A stretch of DNA of 63,998 nucleotides, filler included, from Choristocarpus tenellus KU-1152 (lineage: Eukaryota; Protista; Phaeophyceae), in the NCBI GenBank assembly GCA_964200185.2. It is 13 parts of 13 records of this genome, joined end to end, with 100 filler letters (N's around TTAATTAATTAA, not from the genome) between each part and the next. Parts side by side here need not be neighbours in the genome. Positions count along the whole stretch, not along the records: positions 61,486 to 63,998 come from CAXNAD020027180.1; 12 more parts are not named here. The stretch is one strand, 5' to 3'. Positions 63,980-63,998 of the stretch are shown piece by piece (positions within the stretch are counted from its first letter, which is position 1; the number at the start of each line of letters is the position of its first letter). A model generated the notes under the pieces. It was not told the DNA's origin, did not search any database, and was given only the letters and a program-made list of their open reading frames with translations. The translations under genes were made by a program, and so were the position numbers.

Positions 63980-63998
63980 GGGTCAAAGTATCTTGGGG
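63980..63998 (+). mobile_element. MITE family A terminus at window end
   Basis: gggtcaaagtatcttgggg. Confidence 0.7.

Noticed and set aside
1-63998. Recurrent CAAAGTATCT-polyG motif as a CRISPR-like repeat array
   Set aside because: Copies are dispersed, paired as inverted termini with TSDs and a conserved interior. There is no regular repeat-spacer period and no cas-like genes.
1-63998. Dynein, C2, MLO-like and NACHT-like genes as a functional cluster
   Set aside because: They lie on different contigs that are merely concatenated, so physical linkage is unknown.

Overview
Eukaryotic nuclear DNA from a fragmented draft assembly. The window is 13 short contigs joined by 12 artificial 100-nt spacers (N44-TTAATTAATTAA-N44), so adjacency across spacers has no biological meaning. 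It is intron-rich and dominated by decayed transposable elements: Ty1/Copia and RTE-like LINE remnants, two DD39D-type mariner transposase pseudogenes, a probable Sola2-like remnant and several MITE families. Host gene fragments rebuilt by eye from GT-AG exons are an axonemal-type dynein heavy chain (5 exons), a C2-domain protein (3 exons), an MLO-like membrane protein (3-4 exons), a NACHT/STAND-like P-loop NTPase with a long low-complexity N-terminus, and a coiled-coil/low-complexity protein. Flagellar dynein, interstitial TTAGGG repeats, long introns and the TE types are consistent with a brown alga or related stramenopile (inference, not proven). The dominant signal is a ~180-bp MITE family (17 related copies or fragments, termini GGCTC/GACCC-AAAGTATCT-polyG, 4-bp TSDs) that lies at many contig ends. 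Its symmetric ends carry a GT donor-like and a polyC-CAG acceptor-like motif, and splicing at these would leave an in-frame 24-nt footprint (an untested introner-like hypothesis). No rRNA, tRNA or CRISPR array was recognised, and most ORFs in the supplied track look spurious.
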